Below are positions 1 to 9,415 of a stretch of DNA of 64,000 nucleotides, piece by piece. A program made the position numbers and the translations under genes. This DNA is from a virus. The stretch spans positions 1 through 64,000 of the IMG/VR virus record IMGVR_UViG_3300034069_000341; one strand, given 5' to 3'. The notes under the pieces are model-generated. The model saw only the letters and a program-made list of their open reading frames with translations. It was not told the origin of the DNA and did no database searches. Numbering within the stretch: the stretch's first letter is position 1; every line of letters starts with the position of its first letter.

Positions 1-140
1 GCCCTGTGCCCTGTGCCCTGTGCCCTGTGCCCTGTGCCCTGTGCCCTGTGCCCTGTGCCCTGTGCCCTGTGCCCTGTGCCCTGTGCCCTGTGCCCTGTGC
101 CCTGTGCCCTGTGCCCTGTGCCCTGTGCCCTGAGCCCTGT
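1..140. repeat. Tandem heptamer array (GCCCTGT)x20, one variant unit GCCCTGA at 127-133; truncated by window edge
   Basis: Read directly: perfect 7-nt periodicity from base 1 to 140, register ends at GCGGCGC. Confidence 0.95.
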
Positions 141-390
141 GCGGCGCTGGTAGAACTTTGGCCCGAGTGAGTGCGGGGTATCTTTGGCCCGACCAGGGTA
201 GGCAGCCCGACTACCATACGATAGGGCGGGATAGGGTATCCGATATAGGCCACGATACGCCGGTGCGCTATAGCCTACTCACCTCACTACTACTGTGCAG
301 CATACTACATAATACAATGGTCAGCCTTAGTGTAGTGCATTCGTCATAAGCATACTGCTCATTCATCACTATTGCTATTAGCATATCATC

Positions 391-446
391 ACATCATTCA
401 TTGCATTCATCATTAGCATAACATAACATCATTCATTGCATTCATC
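391..446. repeat. Two direct copies of 21-bp AT-rich unit ACATCATTCATTGCATTCATC (391-411, 426-446)
   Basis: Exact duplicate read in sequence, inside an unusually AT-rich ORF-free stretch (about 290-530). Confidence 0.9.
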
Positions 447-536
447 TAATCATTAAACAACTAAACAATGTTAATCAATCAAATGAATTGAATCATTGTA
501 TTACTTTGACTGTTACGCATCGTTACGATTAACGGA

Positions 537-565
537 TTGACATTCGTTCGCGTATGTCGTAGAGT
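537..565 (+). promoter_or_regulatory. Sigma70-like promoter TTGACA-17 nt-TAGAGT
   Basis: TTGACA 537-542, 17-nt spacer, TAGAGT 560-565; same -10 hexamer recurs at other intergenic promoters in this window. Confidence 0.5.
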
Positions 566-665
566 AGCGGTAATGGATCAACGGCAGCCATGTCGCTGAG
601 ATGTTTGGTAACTTCATAGAGATAGCGAATGCAAATGATTTCAGCTTCACGCATTTACTAATCCG

Positions 666-707
666 AAATTCGTTAAAGCAAATTCGTTAAAGCAAATTCG
701 TGAATGC
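666..707. repeat. 14-bp tandem repeat AAATTCGTTAAAGC x2 plus diverged third unit AAATTCGTGAATGC
   Basis: Read directly; lies in non-coding leader downstream of the 537-565 promoter. Confidence 0.9.
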
Positions 708-828
708 TAACCGATTAGCAGAAGCAAATATTTTACGAATGGGAATGGTTTGCTAATGAAAAGAATTCGCAGCCGGGGGCGCTTGAATTAGCAGATGCAC
801 CCGGGGGTACCCCTCCCCGTGGGACGCC

Positions 829-858
829 GCGCCTCCCCTGGCAAAGGCGCATTTTTTA
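829..858 (+). terminator. Candidate intrinsic terminator (GCGCCT/AGGCGC stem, then ATTTTTTA)
   Basis: 6-bp GC stem 829-834/845-850, 10-nt loop, T6 run 852-857; weak stem. Confidence 0.35.
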
Positions 859-1001
859 CACAGGCAAACGCACAGAAGCCCAACTGAAGTCACACGAACA
901 CAACATGCAGTGGCCGAGACCCCACACAACCCCACATCTTGTGCCCGCCAGCAGCACTAGGTAGACAGCCTACTTAGTTGCAAAATCAAGGGACTCGGGG
1001 G

Positions 1002-1093
1002 TGTGGAAAACCCAAATTGCATCTTTGAGCTGATCTGTCAAGCCAGTGCTGGCAATACTGTGATATAATTGCAAGTGCAAATGTGGAAAACCC
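1002..1093. repeat. Direct 12-bp repeats TGTGGAAAACCC (1002-1013, 1082-1093) flanking the 1059 promoter
   Basis: Exact repeat; AATTGCA also occurs next to each copy. Confidence 0.85.
1059..1069 (+). promoter_or_regulatory. Extended -10 promoter TGTGATATAAT (late-type motif)
   Basis: Member of recurring TGTGATATAATGG family; 48 nt upstream of HNH/terminase operon; no good -35. Confidence 0.55.
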
Positions 1094-1116
1094 TGTGTAT
1101 AACTTAAGGAGCGCGC

Positions 1117-1437
1117 ATGGCGGGCTACCGCAATGATCGGGAGTATGTCAAGAACCGAAACGCTCTCCGGCGGCAGACAATGGCCTACGGCCTTCCATGT
1201 GCTATATGCCACGGCGCAAGAGGACCCATCCTGTTCGACGTTGACCGGAATCACCCCCTCTCATTCGAGGCGGACCACGAGATACCAGTCTCGGTGGCTA
1301 TGGCTATGGGCATGTCTCAAGCGCGAGCGCAGCGAGGCAAACTCAGGCCCTCGCACCGAGTGTGCAATCAGAGCCGGGGGAACAAACCAGACCCGGACCC
1401 TAACAGGCTCGCATCAGACATAGAAGTGGAATGGTGA
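1117..1437 (+). CDS. HNH endonuclease (terminase-associated type)
   Basis: CAICHG...DHEIPVS...HRVCNQSRGNK: Cys pairs plus H-N-H spacing; AGGAG RBS; abuts small terminase. Confidence 0.8.
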   Translation: MAGYRNDREYVKNRNALRRQTMAYGLPCAICHGARGPILFDVDRNHPLSFEADHEIPVSVAMAMGMSQARAQRGKLRPSHRVCNQSRGNKPDPDPNRLASDIEVEW

Positions 1438-1438
1438 A

Positions 1439-1891
1439 ATGGCAAGACCAATTAAGTACCAGTGCGGTACTAAGCAAGCGTATCAACGGCACATCAAGCG
1501 CGGAGAGAATCCCTGCGCTAAGTGCATTACGGCAAAGCACGGGCGTATTGACGAGCGGAAAGAGGAAACCGAGTACATCACCGATGAACTCGGCGAGTGG
1601 CAAGAGAGCGATGATATGTTCATCAAGATCGGGCCTATTCTCGATGAGGACAACGCGCTTATCGAACTCGCCGATCTTCGGGAGAACTACAAACTGGTCC
1701 GGGAGAAGATGCTGACCTCCGGAGCGCGTGATCTTGCGCCTCTCTCTAAGCGCCGCGAGGAACTGATGGATCGCATTGTCGAGATTCAGGAGGCAATGGC
1801 TTCGGAGGGTCAGGAGGTTGTCGAGGAAAAGATGAGCATTGTTGATGAAATGGCGGCGCGCCGTCGCGCCCGACTGGATAAGGGGGCGTAA
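1439..1891 (+). CDS. Terminase small subunit (positional call)
   Basis: 150 aa, basic N-terminus with Cys pairs, acidic coiled C-half; directly precedes and overlaps (ATGA-type) the large terminase. Confidence 0.5.
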   Translation: MARPIKYQCGTKQAYQRHIKRGENPCAKCITAKHGRIDERKEETEYITDELGEWQESDDMFIKIGPILDEDNALIELADLRENYKLVREKMLTSGARDLAPLSKRREELMDRIVEIQEAMASEGQEVVEEKMSIVDEMAARRRARLDKGA

Positions 1892-3462
1892 TGGCAATCA
1901 ATCTTGATATCAACGAAGACAATGGGCTGAGAAAGGGGTCTCAGACCCCACGCTATTCCCATCACCCAACGTACTTCACGACTGCGGCGGACGATGCTAT
2001 CGACCTCGCCGCCGTTGCGGGGCTGAACCTCATGCCTTGGCAGGAGTACGTGCTTCGTAACTCTCTCGGCGAGAAGCCTGACGGCAAGTGGGCCTCCTTC
2101 GTCAACTGCCTGGTGATACCCAGACAGTCAGGAAAAAACGCTCTGATTGAGGCCCGCCAGTTGGCCGGTATGTACCTCTTCGGCGAGGACGTGCAGACGC
2201 ACACCGCGCACGAGGCGCAGACCGCCTCTAAGGCACAGATCGCACTCTCTCAGCGCATCCTCTCTACCCCGGCGCTCGCCGAGTACATCGAGGGCTACGA
2301 CGGCGACAAGGATCAGACGCTCAAGGACATTTCCGGCTTCCGTATGGGCAACGGAAAGCACATCAAGGGCATCTTCCATGTCAACGGAAAGCGTGTCGAG
2401 CGGATCATCGAGTACATCGCCCGAACGGGTACTGGTGGACGAGGCTTCACCGGAGACGTCCTGTATCTTGACGAGGCTTTCGCTATCAAGGAGTCTGAGA
2501 TGGGTGCTCTGCTGCCCACGCTCCGCGCTAAGTCCCTCATTGGAAACCCCCAGGTGTGGGTAACCTCCTCGGCGGGAATGGCAGACTCGGTGTACTTGGA
2601 GTCGCTTCGCCGTCAGGGGATTGAAGGCTCCGATCCTTCGCTGGCCTATTTCGAGTGGTCTGCGGATGATGAGACTATCCGCGACGAGGATGACCCGGTT
2701 GAGTGGGATCGTGATGAGTGGTATCGCTCTAATCCCTCGTTGGGGTACCTGGTCTCCGAGGACCACATGGCTAAGGAAATCAAGCAGTTGAGCGAGACGT
2801 CCGATGGTGTCGAGGAACTACGGCGAGAACTCCTTGGCATCTGGTCTACTGGTGCAGGAAGGCCGATCTTCAATCTCGGAACCTGGATGAACCGAAAGTC
2901 CACGGAAGAGAAGATCAAGTTGGACAAGCCGTGCTTCGCGGTGGACGTCAGCCCGGATCGCTCGGGGGCTTCCATCACTGTCACCGGACAGCACAACGGC
3001 AAGTACGTTACCCGTGTGCTGTACGACGACGAGGGTACCGGGTGGGTTCCCAGCCGACTCAAGTCTCTTGTGCTTGAGGGCGTTTCCAAGGGCGACGGGA
3101 AGATTCCGATTCTCGCCATTGGCAACTCAGCCGCACAGTCGCTTGAATCTGAGTTCAAGAAGGAGCGGCTGAACGTTCGGTGGATTTCCACGGCGCAGTA
3201 TGCACAGGCTTGTGGAAATATCTATGATATGATTTACCAGGATACTATGTCCCATACTGGTCAGCCGGTTCTTACGAATGCCGTTATGGCGCTTCGTCGT
3301 AAGGATAAGGGTGCTGGCCTTTTCGTGTGGGATAAGGCTACACCTATGAATGAGATTCGAGCCGCTGTGGCTATGACGGTCTCTACGTTCGGCGCAAAGG
3401 CTCGTAAGGATGCTTTCGCGGACGATAGTGTTGCCCGTAAGAACCGTAATCGCTCTTTCTGA
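1891..3462 (+). CDS. Terminase large subunit
   Basis: 523 aa; Walker A-like PRQSGKN, Walker B LYLDEAF, C-terminal nuclease-size domain; precedes portal. Confidence 0.85.
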   Translation: MAINLDINEDNGLRKGSQTPRYSHHPTYFTTAADDAIDLAAVAGLNLMPWQEYVLRNSLGEKPDGKWASFVNCLVIPRQSGKNALIEARQLAGMYLFGEDVQTHTAHEAQTASKAQIALSQRILSTPALAEYIEGYDGDKDQTLKDISGFRMGNGKHIKGIFHVNGKRVERIIEYIARTGTGGRGFTGDVLYLDEAFAIKESEMGALLPTLRAKSLIGNPQVWVTSSAGMADSVYLESLRRQGIEGSDPSLAYFEWSADDETIRDEDDPVEWDRDEWYRSNPSLGYLVSEDHMAKEIKQLSETSDGVEELRRELLGIWSTGAGRPIFNLGTWMNRKSTEEKIKLDKPCFAVDVSPDRSGASITVTGQHNGKYVTRVLYDDEGTGWVPSRLKSLVLEGVSKGDGKIPILAIGNSAAQSLESEFKKERLNVRWISTAQYAQACGNIYDMIYQDTMSHTGQPVLTNAVMALRRKDKGAGLFVWDKATPMNEIRAAVAMTVSTFGAKARKDAFADDSVARKNRNRSF

Positions 3463-3471
3463 GAGGCATAA

Positions 3472-5043
3472 ATGGCTAGGAAACTAACTACCGAAGAGGC
3501 TGAACTCTTCGAGACCATGCGCGGCATGATCCGAAATCACAAGAAGCACAATAACCTGCGTACCCGATTTCTTGAGGGCAAGGAGCACGTCAATGCCATG
3601 TCGGTGTCGATCCCTCCGCGACTGAAGTCGGATCAGACTCCTATCGGGTGGCCCAAGAAGACCGTTGAGAAGTTCTCTGAGCGGTTCCGCCTTGAGGGCT
3701 TCATGTCCCGCAAGGGGGGCTCGGATAGTGTGATCGAGGTCTTGACCGACCATTTCATCTCCCCCGCGGGTCAGGTGCAGTTCCGTATGGCGGTTGAGGG
3801 CGCGCTGACTCATGGACCGGCGTTCGTCTTCACGTCTCGCGGGCGCACGGACCTCGGTGAGCCTGAGTTCATCTCCACTACCCGCAGCGCGCTGACGGCC
3901 ACGGCCTTGTTCGATGGTCGCTCAGGCCGTGTCTCGGCGGCGCTTGAGTCTCTGCCGGATGACAAGTGGAACCTCTGGCTCCCTGGTCGAGTTCTTCTGA
4001 TCGGCAACAGCACGAATCCGCTTGAGCAGTGGGGTGTGCTCGATACGTTCGAGACGGGGGTGCCTCGCGTCCTGTGCTCGGTGTATCGTCACGACCCAAC
4101 TCCGGCTAACCCCTACGGGCAGTCGCGCATTACGCGCCCGCTCATGGGTTACACCATGAGCGCAGTGCGCACGATGCTGCGTCAGGAGTCCGCTGAGGAC
4201 GTCACGGCGGCACCGCGTATGGCGCTCCTCGGCGCGGTCGAGGAGATTTTCCAGGACGAGGACGGCAACCCTGTTGAGAAGTGGGATGCCATGACCGGCG
4301 CTATCTGGGGAGTCCCGGATATCACCGACCCGGAGGACCCGCTGGCAGAGCCGCGACGGCCGGAACTCAAGTCGTTCCCGCAGATGACTCAGCAGCCCTA
4401 CAACGACAAGTTGCGGATGCTGGTCGAGTTCGTCTCCGGCGAAACGTCGATCCCGGCCTCGGAGTTGGGTCTGTCGAATGACTCGAATCCGGCGTCGGCT
4501 GAGGCGGTGCAGGCGCACGAGGGCGCAATGATCCGAGCGGCGAACAAGCAACGAGAGTTCTTGGCAGAGGGCGTCATGTCCCATGCGCTCGATGTGCTCT
4601 CGCTGGCTTTCCCTGACGACGATCTTGCCAGCATCTCGGCGGGTATTCTCCCCCGATTCGCTGATCCTCGCACGATCAGCCCGATGGAGCAGTCGCAGTA
4701 CGTCGCCGCTCAGGTCGCGGCGGGCAACTTCTTGCCGGGTACGGCGGAGACTATGCGCGAACTGCCTCTTTCGGAGGAGGACGTGCAGTTGCATGTCCAG
4801 GCTAACACTAAGGCCCGCAATTCGGATGCGATCAACAGCCGTATCAACGGCGCGGACGACCCCCGGATCGCAGAGGCCGAACTTGAGGGAGTTGCTATGG
4901 ACAACTTCGGCAAGGCTATTCGAGCCGGTGTGACTTTCGAGTCCGCTGCAAGGCGGTATGGCCTTGATTGGGCTGAGGACAGCGGTCGAATTCCGACCAC
5001 CGTCAGGCTCCCCGCAGAGGAGAAGGAGGAGTTTGAGGAGTGA
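3472..5043 (+). CDS. Portal protein
   Basis: 523 aa directly after TerL; acidic C-terminus; canonical position. Confidence 0.75.
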   Translation: MARKLTTEEAELFETMRGMIRNHKKHNNLRTRFLEGKEHVNAMSVSIPPRLKSDQTPIGWPKKTVEKFSERFRLEGFMSRKGGSDSVIEVLTDHFISPAGQVQFRMAVEGALTHGPAFVFTSRGRTDLGEPEFISTTRSALTATALFDGRSGRVSAALESLPDDKWNLWLPGRVLLIGNSTNPLEQWGVLDTFETGVPRVLCSVYRHDPTPANPYGQSRITRPLMGYTMSAVRTMLRQESAEDVTAAPRMALLGAVEEIFQDEDGNPVEKWDAMTGAIWGVPDITDPEDPLAEPRRPELKSFPQMTQQPYNDKLRMLVEFVSGETSIPASELGLSNDSNPASAEAVQAHEGAMIRAANKQREFLAEGVMSHALDVLSLAFPDDDLASISAGILPRFADPRTISPMEQSQYVAAQVAAGNFLPGTAETMRELPLSEEDVQLHVQANTKARNSDAINSRINGADDPRIAEAELEGVAMDNFGKAIRAGVTFESAARRYGLDWAEDSGRIPTTVRLPAEEKEEFEE

Positions 5044-5750
5044 ATGAGGCAGACAAGTATCTCCGAGAGCGAGACAAGGCAGTAGCACGAGCAGAGGCCG
5101 AACTCGCTAAGTTCTACGCGGGAGTTGATTGGTCTGAACCGCTCCGTGCTAAGGAGCAGTTGACCCAGGAACTCCCAATTCTTGTGGAAGAGTGGTCGGC
5201 GATGATCGGGCAGATCGGGCTTGACTATGCGGCGGCTATGGGTACCCCGGCAAAATACCTCGTCCCCGTAGACAATCCGGTGTGGGATGCCATTGTCAAT
5301 TCGATCAAGTGGGCTATTGAGCCGCTGTTCGGCACGGATAAGCCCGATTCTGCGGGCGCTAAGCGGTTGCTGAACGGCTCCATGACCCGGCATATGCAGC
5401 AGGGGAACCGGGATAACCTGCGTAACATCGGTCGTCGGTATAAGGAATTGCGCTACGCGCGCGTCCTCCGGGGAGAGTATGACTGCGCTTTCTGCATTGT
5501 GCTAGCTTCCCGAGGCGATGTGTACCACACCAAGGAATCTGCTGGATACGATATCCGGGAAGTAGACGGCGATAAGTTCCACGACTGGTGTGACTGCGAC
5601 ATTATTCTCGTGAAGTCCGATGACGACTTCCCCGCAGGCTATGACCCCGAGCAGTATTTCGATATGTACGAGTCTGTTCACCAGAGTGGAGACACAATTT
5701 CAGACGTCGCGCAGCGCATGAGAGAGAAATTCGATCACATTACGCATTAA
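5040..5750 (+). CDS. MuF/SPP1 gp7-like head morphogenesis (minor capsid) protein
   Basis: 4-nt overlap with portal; C-terminal CAFC...FHDWCDCD resembles the H-x2-C-x-C end of Mu F-like domains. Confidence 0.6.
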   Translation: MNEADKYLRERDKAVARAEAELAKFYAGVDWSEPLRAKEQLTQELPILVEEWSAMIGQIGLDYAAAMGTPAKYLVPVDNPVWDAIVNSIKWAIEPLFGTDKPDSAGAKRLLNGSMTRHMQQGNRDNLRNIGRRYKELRYARVLRGEYDCAFCIVLASRGDVYHTKESAGYDIREVDGDKFHDWCDCDIILVKSDDDFPAGYDPEQYFDMYESVHQSGDTISDVAQRMREKFDHITH

Positions 5751-5763
5751 TGTGATATAATGG
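5751..5763 (+). promoter_or_regulatory. Extended -10 promoter TGTGATATAATGG
   Basis: Starts immediately after stop of 5040-5750; identical 13-mer at 23596. Confidence 0.6.
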
Positions 5764-5812
5764 TTTTCGACAAGTGTTCGGAAAGAACACAATATGACCC
5801 GAAAAGGGAGAT

Positions 5813-6337
5813 ATGATGAGCAAGGACGCAACTAGCACCGACGAGAAGGACGAGGCCGCAAAGGTCGCAACTGCTGAGTCGGAGGATTCTGAGGCCGCTG
5901 AGGAGACGGAGACCCCTGAGGTTTCCGAGGACGGCACCGAGGAATCCGGAGAGGATTTCCGCGCTAAGTACGAGGCTCAGCGAGAGCATTCTCGCACTTG
6001 GGAGTCTCGTGCTAAGGCCAACGAGAAGAAGTTGGAGAAGGAAATCCAGAAGAATCAGGACCTCACTAATGAGGTTGATTCGCTGAAGACGGAGATTGCC
6101 AACAAGGATCGAGAGGTCCTGGTGGCTAAGGTCTCCGCAGAGGAGGGCGTTCGCCCTCAGTTCCTCTCCGGCGAGACCGAGGAGGAACTTCGGGACTCGG
6201 CTAAGGTTTTTCTTTCCGAGTACCGTCCGGTGAAGAGCAATCCTGGTGGATATGTCGGATCGCACGGTAGTGCAGATGATTCGGCGACCAACACCGTTGA
6301 GAGTCCCGCTAAGCGTGCGGCTCGTTACAAGATTTAA
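5813..6337 (+). CDS. Scaffolding protein
   Basis: 174 aa, very acidic, Glu/Lys-rich coiled-coil character; between MuF-like and capsid genes. Confidence 0.6.
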   Translation: MMSKDATSTDEKDEAAKVATAESEDSEAAEETETPEVSEDGTEESGEDFRAKYEAQREHSRTWESRAKANEKKLEKEIQKNQDLTNEVDSLKTEIANKDREVLVAKVSAEEGVRPQFLSGETEEELRDSAKVFLSEYRPVKSNPGGYVGSHGSADDSATNTVESPAKRAARYKI

Positions 6338-6360
6338 TTCTCAACTTAGGAGATAAACAC

Positions 6361-6726
6361 ATGGCATCGTCTTACGATCCCGTTGTGTCGGATGACACGT
6401 TCACCGACATTAGTTACAAGTGGCTCGCGTCGCGTCACGGTCTTGCCAATGCTAAGACCTACCTGATTGACGCTGCGGCTTTCCCGGAGGGCACCTTCGA
6501 GAATGGCCGCGTCCGTGCGGGCCAGACCCTCTCGCTGAATGACTCCGGCGACAAGGTTGTTCCCTACGCGGAGGGCAAGACCTTCCTGGGCTGCCTTGCG
6601 TACGACCGCTCGGTGCGAAAGGGCGACGAGTTTGTGCCGGTCCTCCTGCACGGCATCGTCAACAAGGAGTTCCTGCCCAAGACTGCCGTCGTCCCCGCTG
6701 ACAGCGCGCACATTCTTTTCCGCTGA
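6361..6726 (+). CDS. Head decoration-like protein (DUF2190/gpD-like position)
   Basis: 121 aa between scaffold and E-like major capsid; AGGAGA RBS; fold not verifiable here. Confidence 0.45.
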   Translation: MASSYDPVVSDDTFTDISYKWLASRHGLANAKTYLIDAAAFPEGTFENGRVRAGQTLSLNDSGDKVVPYAEGKTFLGCLAYDRSVRKGDEFVPVLLHGIVNKEFLPKTAVVPADSAHILFR

Positions 6727-6746
6727 TACTGAGAGGCTGACTTACT

Positions 6747-7727
6747 TTGGCTACTATTCACTCTGAGTTCTCTCCCAATGATACGTCGGTTTTCGCACGT
6801 ACTCTGATTGAAGAGAACGACACTGCAATCCTGGGTCGTCTGTTCCCGAACAAGACCCAGAACTCGCGCTATGCGACGTGGACCGAGACTATCCCCGGTG
6901 GCAAGAACGTCGCCCTGTACCGTTCGCACGGTGCTGAGGTTCCGTTCGGCGAGATGAGCGGCGGCGGGCGCGAGAAGTCCGCTCGAATCGCTAATCTCGG
7001 CCTGAAGCTGCTGTACTCCGAGGACGACATTGTTGCTGTCCAGGAGGGCGTTGCCGACGAGCAGGCGATCATCGACCGTCTGACCGCTGAGGTCACCTCC
7101 TCGGTGATGAACGCTGTCAACCGTATGCGTGCGGATGCTTTCGAGAAGGCATCGTTCGTCCTCCAGGGCGAGAACTCGTTCGTTCCGGTGACGTTCGACC
7201 GTAACCCGGACCTGACGACTACCGCTCCGACCCTGTGGACCGATCCCACTGCTGACCCCATCCTCTACATCTCGAACCTTGCTGACAAGGTTCAGGAGGA
7301 GTCGGGTGTCCGCCCGAACACGATCATCACGTCTACCCGCGTTGCTTCCGAACTCCGCCGCCAGGCTGTCATGTTCGCCTACGCGGTTCAGGACAAGCAG
7401 GTCCCCTTCATCTCGCATGACGCCGTGCAGTCGGTCCTCGCCTCCTATGGCCTGCCGACTCTTGAGGTTTACGACGAGGTTGACTACAAGGGCGACCGCT
7501 TCTTCTCGGACGACAAGATCTTCCTGACGTCCTCGGCGGGCGTCGGCGATACCGTCTGGGGTCCGTCCACTGCGGCCCGCAACAGCCTTTCCCGTGGTCA
7601 GGCCCCCGGCATCTACGTCGGAGCCTACCAGGATCAGGACGCGGACACCACTTACATTCGTGCTGACGCTACTGTCATGCCGATTCTGACCAACCCGAAC
7701 GCTACTGCTGTTGCGAAGGTGATCTGA
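6747..7727 (+). CDS. Major capsid protein (lambda gpE-like size/position)
   Basis: 326 aa, TTG start after GAGAGG; follows scaffold/decoration genes. Confidence 0.75.
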   Translation: MATIHSEFSPNDTSVFARTLIEENDTAILGRLFPNKTQNSRYATWTETIPGGKNVALYRSHGAEVPFGEMSGGGREKSARIANLGLKLLYSEDDIVAVQEGVADEQAIIDRLTAEVTSSVMNAVNRMRADAFEKASFVLQGENSFVPVTFDRNPDLTTTAPTLWTDPTADPILYISNLADKVQEESGVRPNTIITSTRVASELRRQAVMFAYAVQDKQVPFISHDAVQSVLASYGLPTLEVYDEVDYKGDRFFSDDKIFLTSSAGVGDTVWGPSTAARNSLSRGQAPGIYVGAYQDQDADTTYIRADATVMPILTNPNATAVAKVI

Positions 7728-7728
7728 T

Positions 7729-7902
7729 ATGGCGAAGGTTCGTGACGATCTTACTGGCTCTGTGCTGGTGTCCAACGGCACGTTCCTCCATGCAGGCGAT
7801 GAGATTCCCGAGGGTATCACCCTCGGCGACCATCTGATTGCGGAGGGGGCCCCCAAGCCTCGTGCCAAGCGACAGACTAAGGCCGATTCCGACGACGAGT
7901 GA
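7729..7902 (+). CDS. Hypothetical 57-aa protein
   Basis: ATG 2 nt after capsid stop; MAKVRDDLTG...KADSDDE; below the ORF-track size cut-off, translated by hand. Confidence 0.45.
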   Translation: MAKVRDDLTGSVLVSNGTFLHAGDEIPEGITLGDHLIAEGAPKPRAKRQTKADSDDE

Positions 7903-7913
7903 GGCGGTGACCT

Positions 7914-8306
7914 ATGTGGCCCACCCCGGACGAGTTTTTGATTTCATGGGTCGGCGAGGATAAGCCCACCGACTCTGAAGAGACTATCCAATATTGGCTC
8001 GACAGAGCCGAGGTTGAGGCCCTTTCTGTTTCACCTAACTTGGAGAACCTTGTCTTTGAGGGCAAGATCAACCCGGTCAAGGTGAAAATGGTCATCATCT
8101 CAGCGGTCAATCGGGTTTTCCGAAACCCTGGAATGATCCGCTCCTACCAGGAGTCTATGGGCACTGGTGGTATCACCGGCCAGGCTTCTACTTCGTTTGC
8201 AGGTTCCCGCCTCGGAGAGTTGTATTTCTCGCCCGACGAGATTGCGGCTCTCCGAGGCAAGCCCCGTAGGCGCAGCGCTTTCAGTGTGATCCCAGGAGGC
8301 AAGTGA
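7914..8306 (+). CDS. Head-tail adaptor/connector protein
   Basis: 130 aa; position after capsid; overlaps next gene (ATGA). Confidence 0.45.
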   Translation: MWPTPDEFLISWVGEDKPTDSEETIQYWLDRAEVEALSVSPNLENLVFEGKINPVKVKMVIISAVNRVFRNPGMIRSYQESMGTGGITGQASTSFAGSRLGELYFSPDEIAALRGKPRRRSAFSVIPGGK

Positions 8307-8773
8307 TGAAACTGAAGATTTTTGCTTCAGATCGCTTGCCTTTTGCGGTACACACCATTACGGTTGTCCGCCCTAAGCCCGTACCTGAGTTGGGTACGGC
8401 TTTCGGCGGATTCGATGACGCAGAGCGATTCGATATTGAGGGTTGTAGCATTCAGCCAGGTGAGAAGTGGGAACACCACATCCGTGCGGCGAATGCTGTC
8501 AACCGCTTTTCTATCTGGCTTCCTATCGACTCGGATATCCGGTCTACGGATCGGGTGGATTTCACCCTGCATGGGCGCGAGTATCGCGGCATGTACGTAG
8601 ACGGGAATCCGGGTGTTTGGATTGACCCCCGAGGTATTCAGTCTCATCTCCTCATCAATGTGATTGACTCGCATGAGTTGGCATACGAGGATGAGTACGA
8701 GGCTGCCAGGGAAGCCGACGAGACCATGCCTGACCCATTCGCTCCCTCGGAGGATGGTGGTCTGTATGGCTAA
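8303..8773 (+). CDS. Head-tail connector (head closure) protein
   Basis: 156 aa in the connector gene run; translationally coupled. Confidence 0.4.
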   Translation: MMKLKIFASDRLPFAVHTITVVRPKPVPELGTAFGGFDDAERFDIEGCSIQPGEKWEHHIRAANAVNRFSIWLPIDSDIRSTDRVDFTLHGREYRGMYVDGNPGVWIDPRGIQSHLLINVIDSHELAYEDEYEAAREADETMPDPFAPSEDGGLYG

Positions 8774-9047
8774 GAAGATGAAGTGGGAATGGTATCCCGC
8801 TCAATTCGAGAAGCAACTGCATCGCGGCGAGGGAACTCAGCGGGTCATCAATCAGGTCGCTGGCGAGATTGCCGACGATGCGGCTTCCGGGTCCCACCGA
8901 AACAACCCGAAGTACGACGTTGAGGGGTACCAGGGCAAGACCCGATACACCGGAACAGTCGTGACTTCTAACTGGGCTTCCATGTGGGACGAGCGGCGGG
9001 ATCGTCTCCTGAGCCGTGCAGCATTCCAGCATCGAGGAGGTAAGTGA
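8766..9047 (+). CDS. Neck/tail-completion protein (HK97 gp10-like position)
   Basis: Start moved to ATG 8766 (MAKKMKWEWYP...), overlapping the previous stop; upstream part of the track ORF overlaps the previous gene. Confidence 0.4.
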   Translation: MAKKMKWEWYPAQFEKQLHRGEGTQRVINQVAGEIADDAASGSHRNNPKYDVEGYQGKTRYTGTVVTSNWASMWDERRDRLLSRAAFQHRGGK

Positions 9048-9415
9048 TGGATCATGTGCTTCATTTGCAGGTCGTCCATCAGATTCTCAAGGATGCTGGG
9101 ATTACTGCCTCGGTGAAGCGGGTCGAGGGGGCGGACCCCTTCATCCGCTTCATCCTGTTCGGCACTCACGAATCGGTGGGACGATGGATGGACCGAGCGG
9201 TTATCGAAATCGAGTCTTGGGCCTCTTCGCCCATGAAGGCTATGGAACAGCTCACAGTTGCCAAGGCGGCTTTTGATGATGCTGTTCTGCATAACCCGAA
9301 TGTTCGTGAAATCCGATATGACGAATTGATGCGTGAGTTGCCAACCGGAGAAGAGGGTTGGGAACGATATATCATGCGAATCTACATGAGGACTAGGAAT
9401 ACCGCTAATGGATGA
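9044..9415 (+). CDS. Tail terminator-like protein
   Basis: 123 aa, ATGA overlap on both sides, precedes major tail gene region. Confidence 0.4.
   Translation: MMDHVLHLQVVHQILKDAGITASVKRVEGADPFIRFILFGTHESVGRWMDRAVIEIESWASSPMKAMEQLTVAKAAFDDAVLHNPNVREIRYDELMRELPTGEEGWERYIMRIYMRTRNTANG

Noticed and set aside
1-140. Possible CRISPR array
   Set aside because: The units are 7 nt and contiguous, with no spacers. This is a microsatellite-type tandem repeat, not repeat-spacer architecture, and no cas genes are present.
158-349. 63-aa ORF in the left leader
   Set aside because: It has a non-ATG start, no RBS and an odd composition that changes halfway as it runs into the AT-rich island. I treated the region as non-coding.
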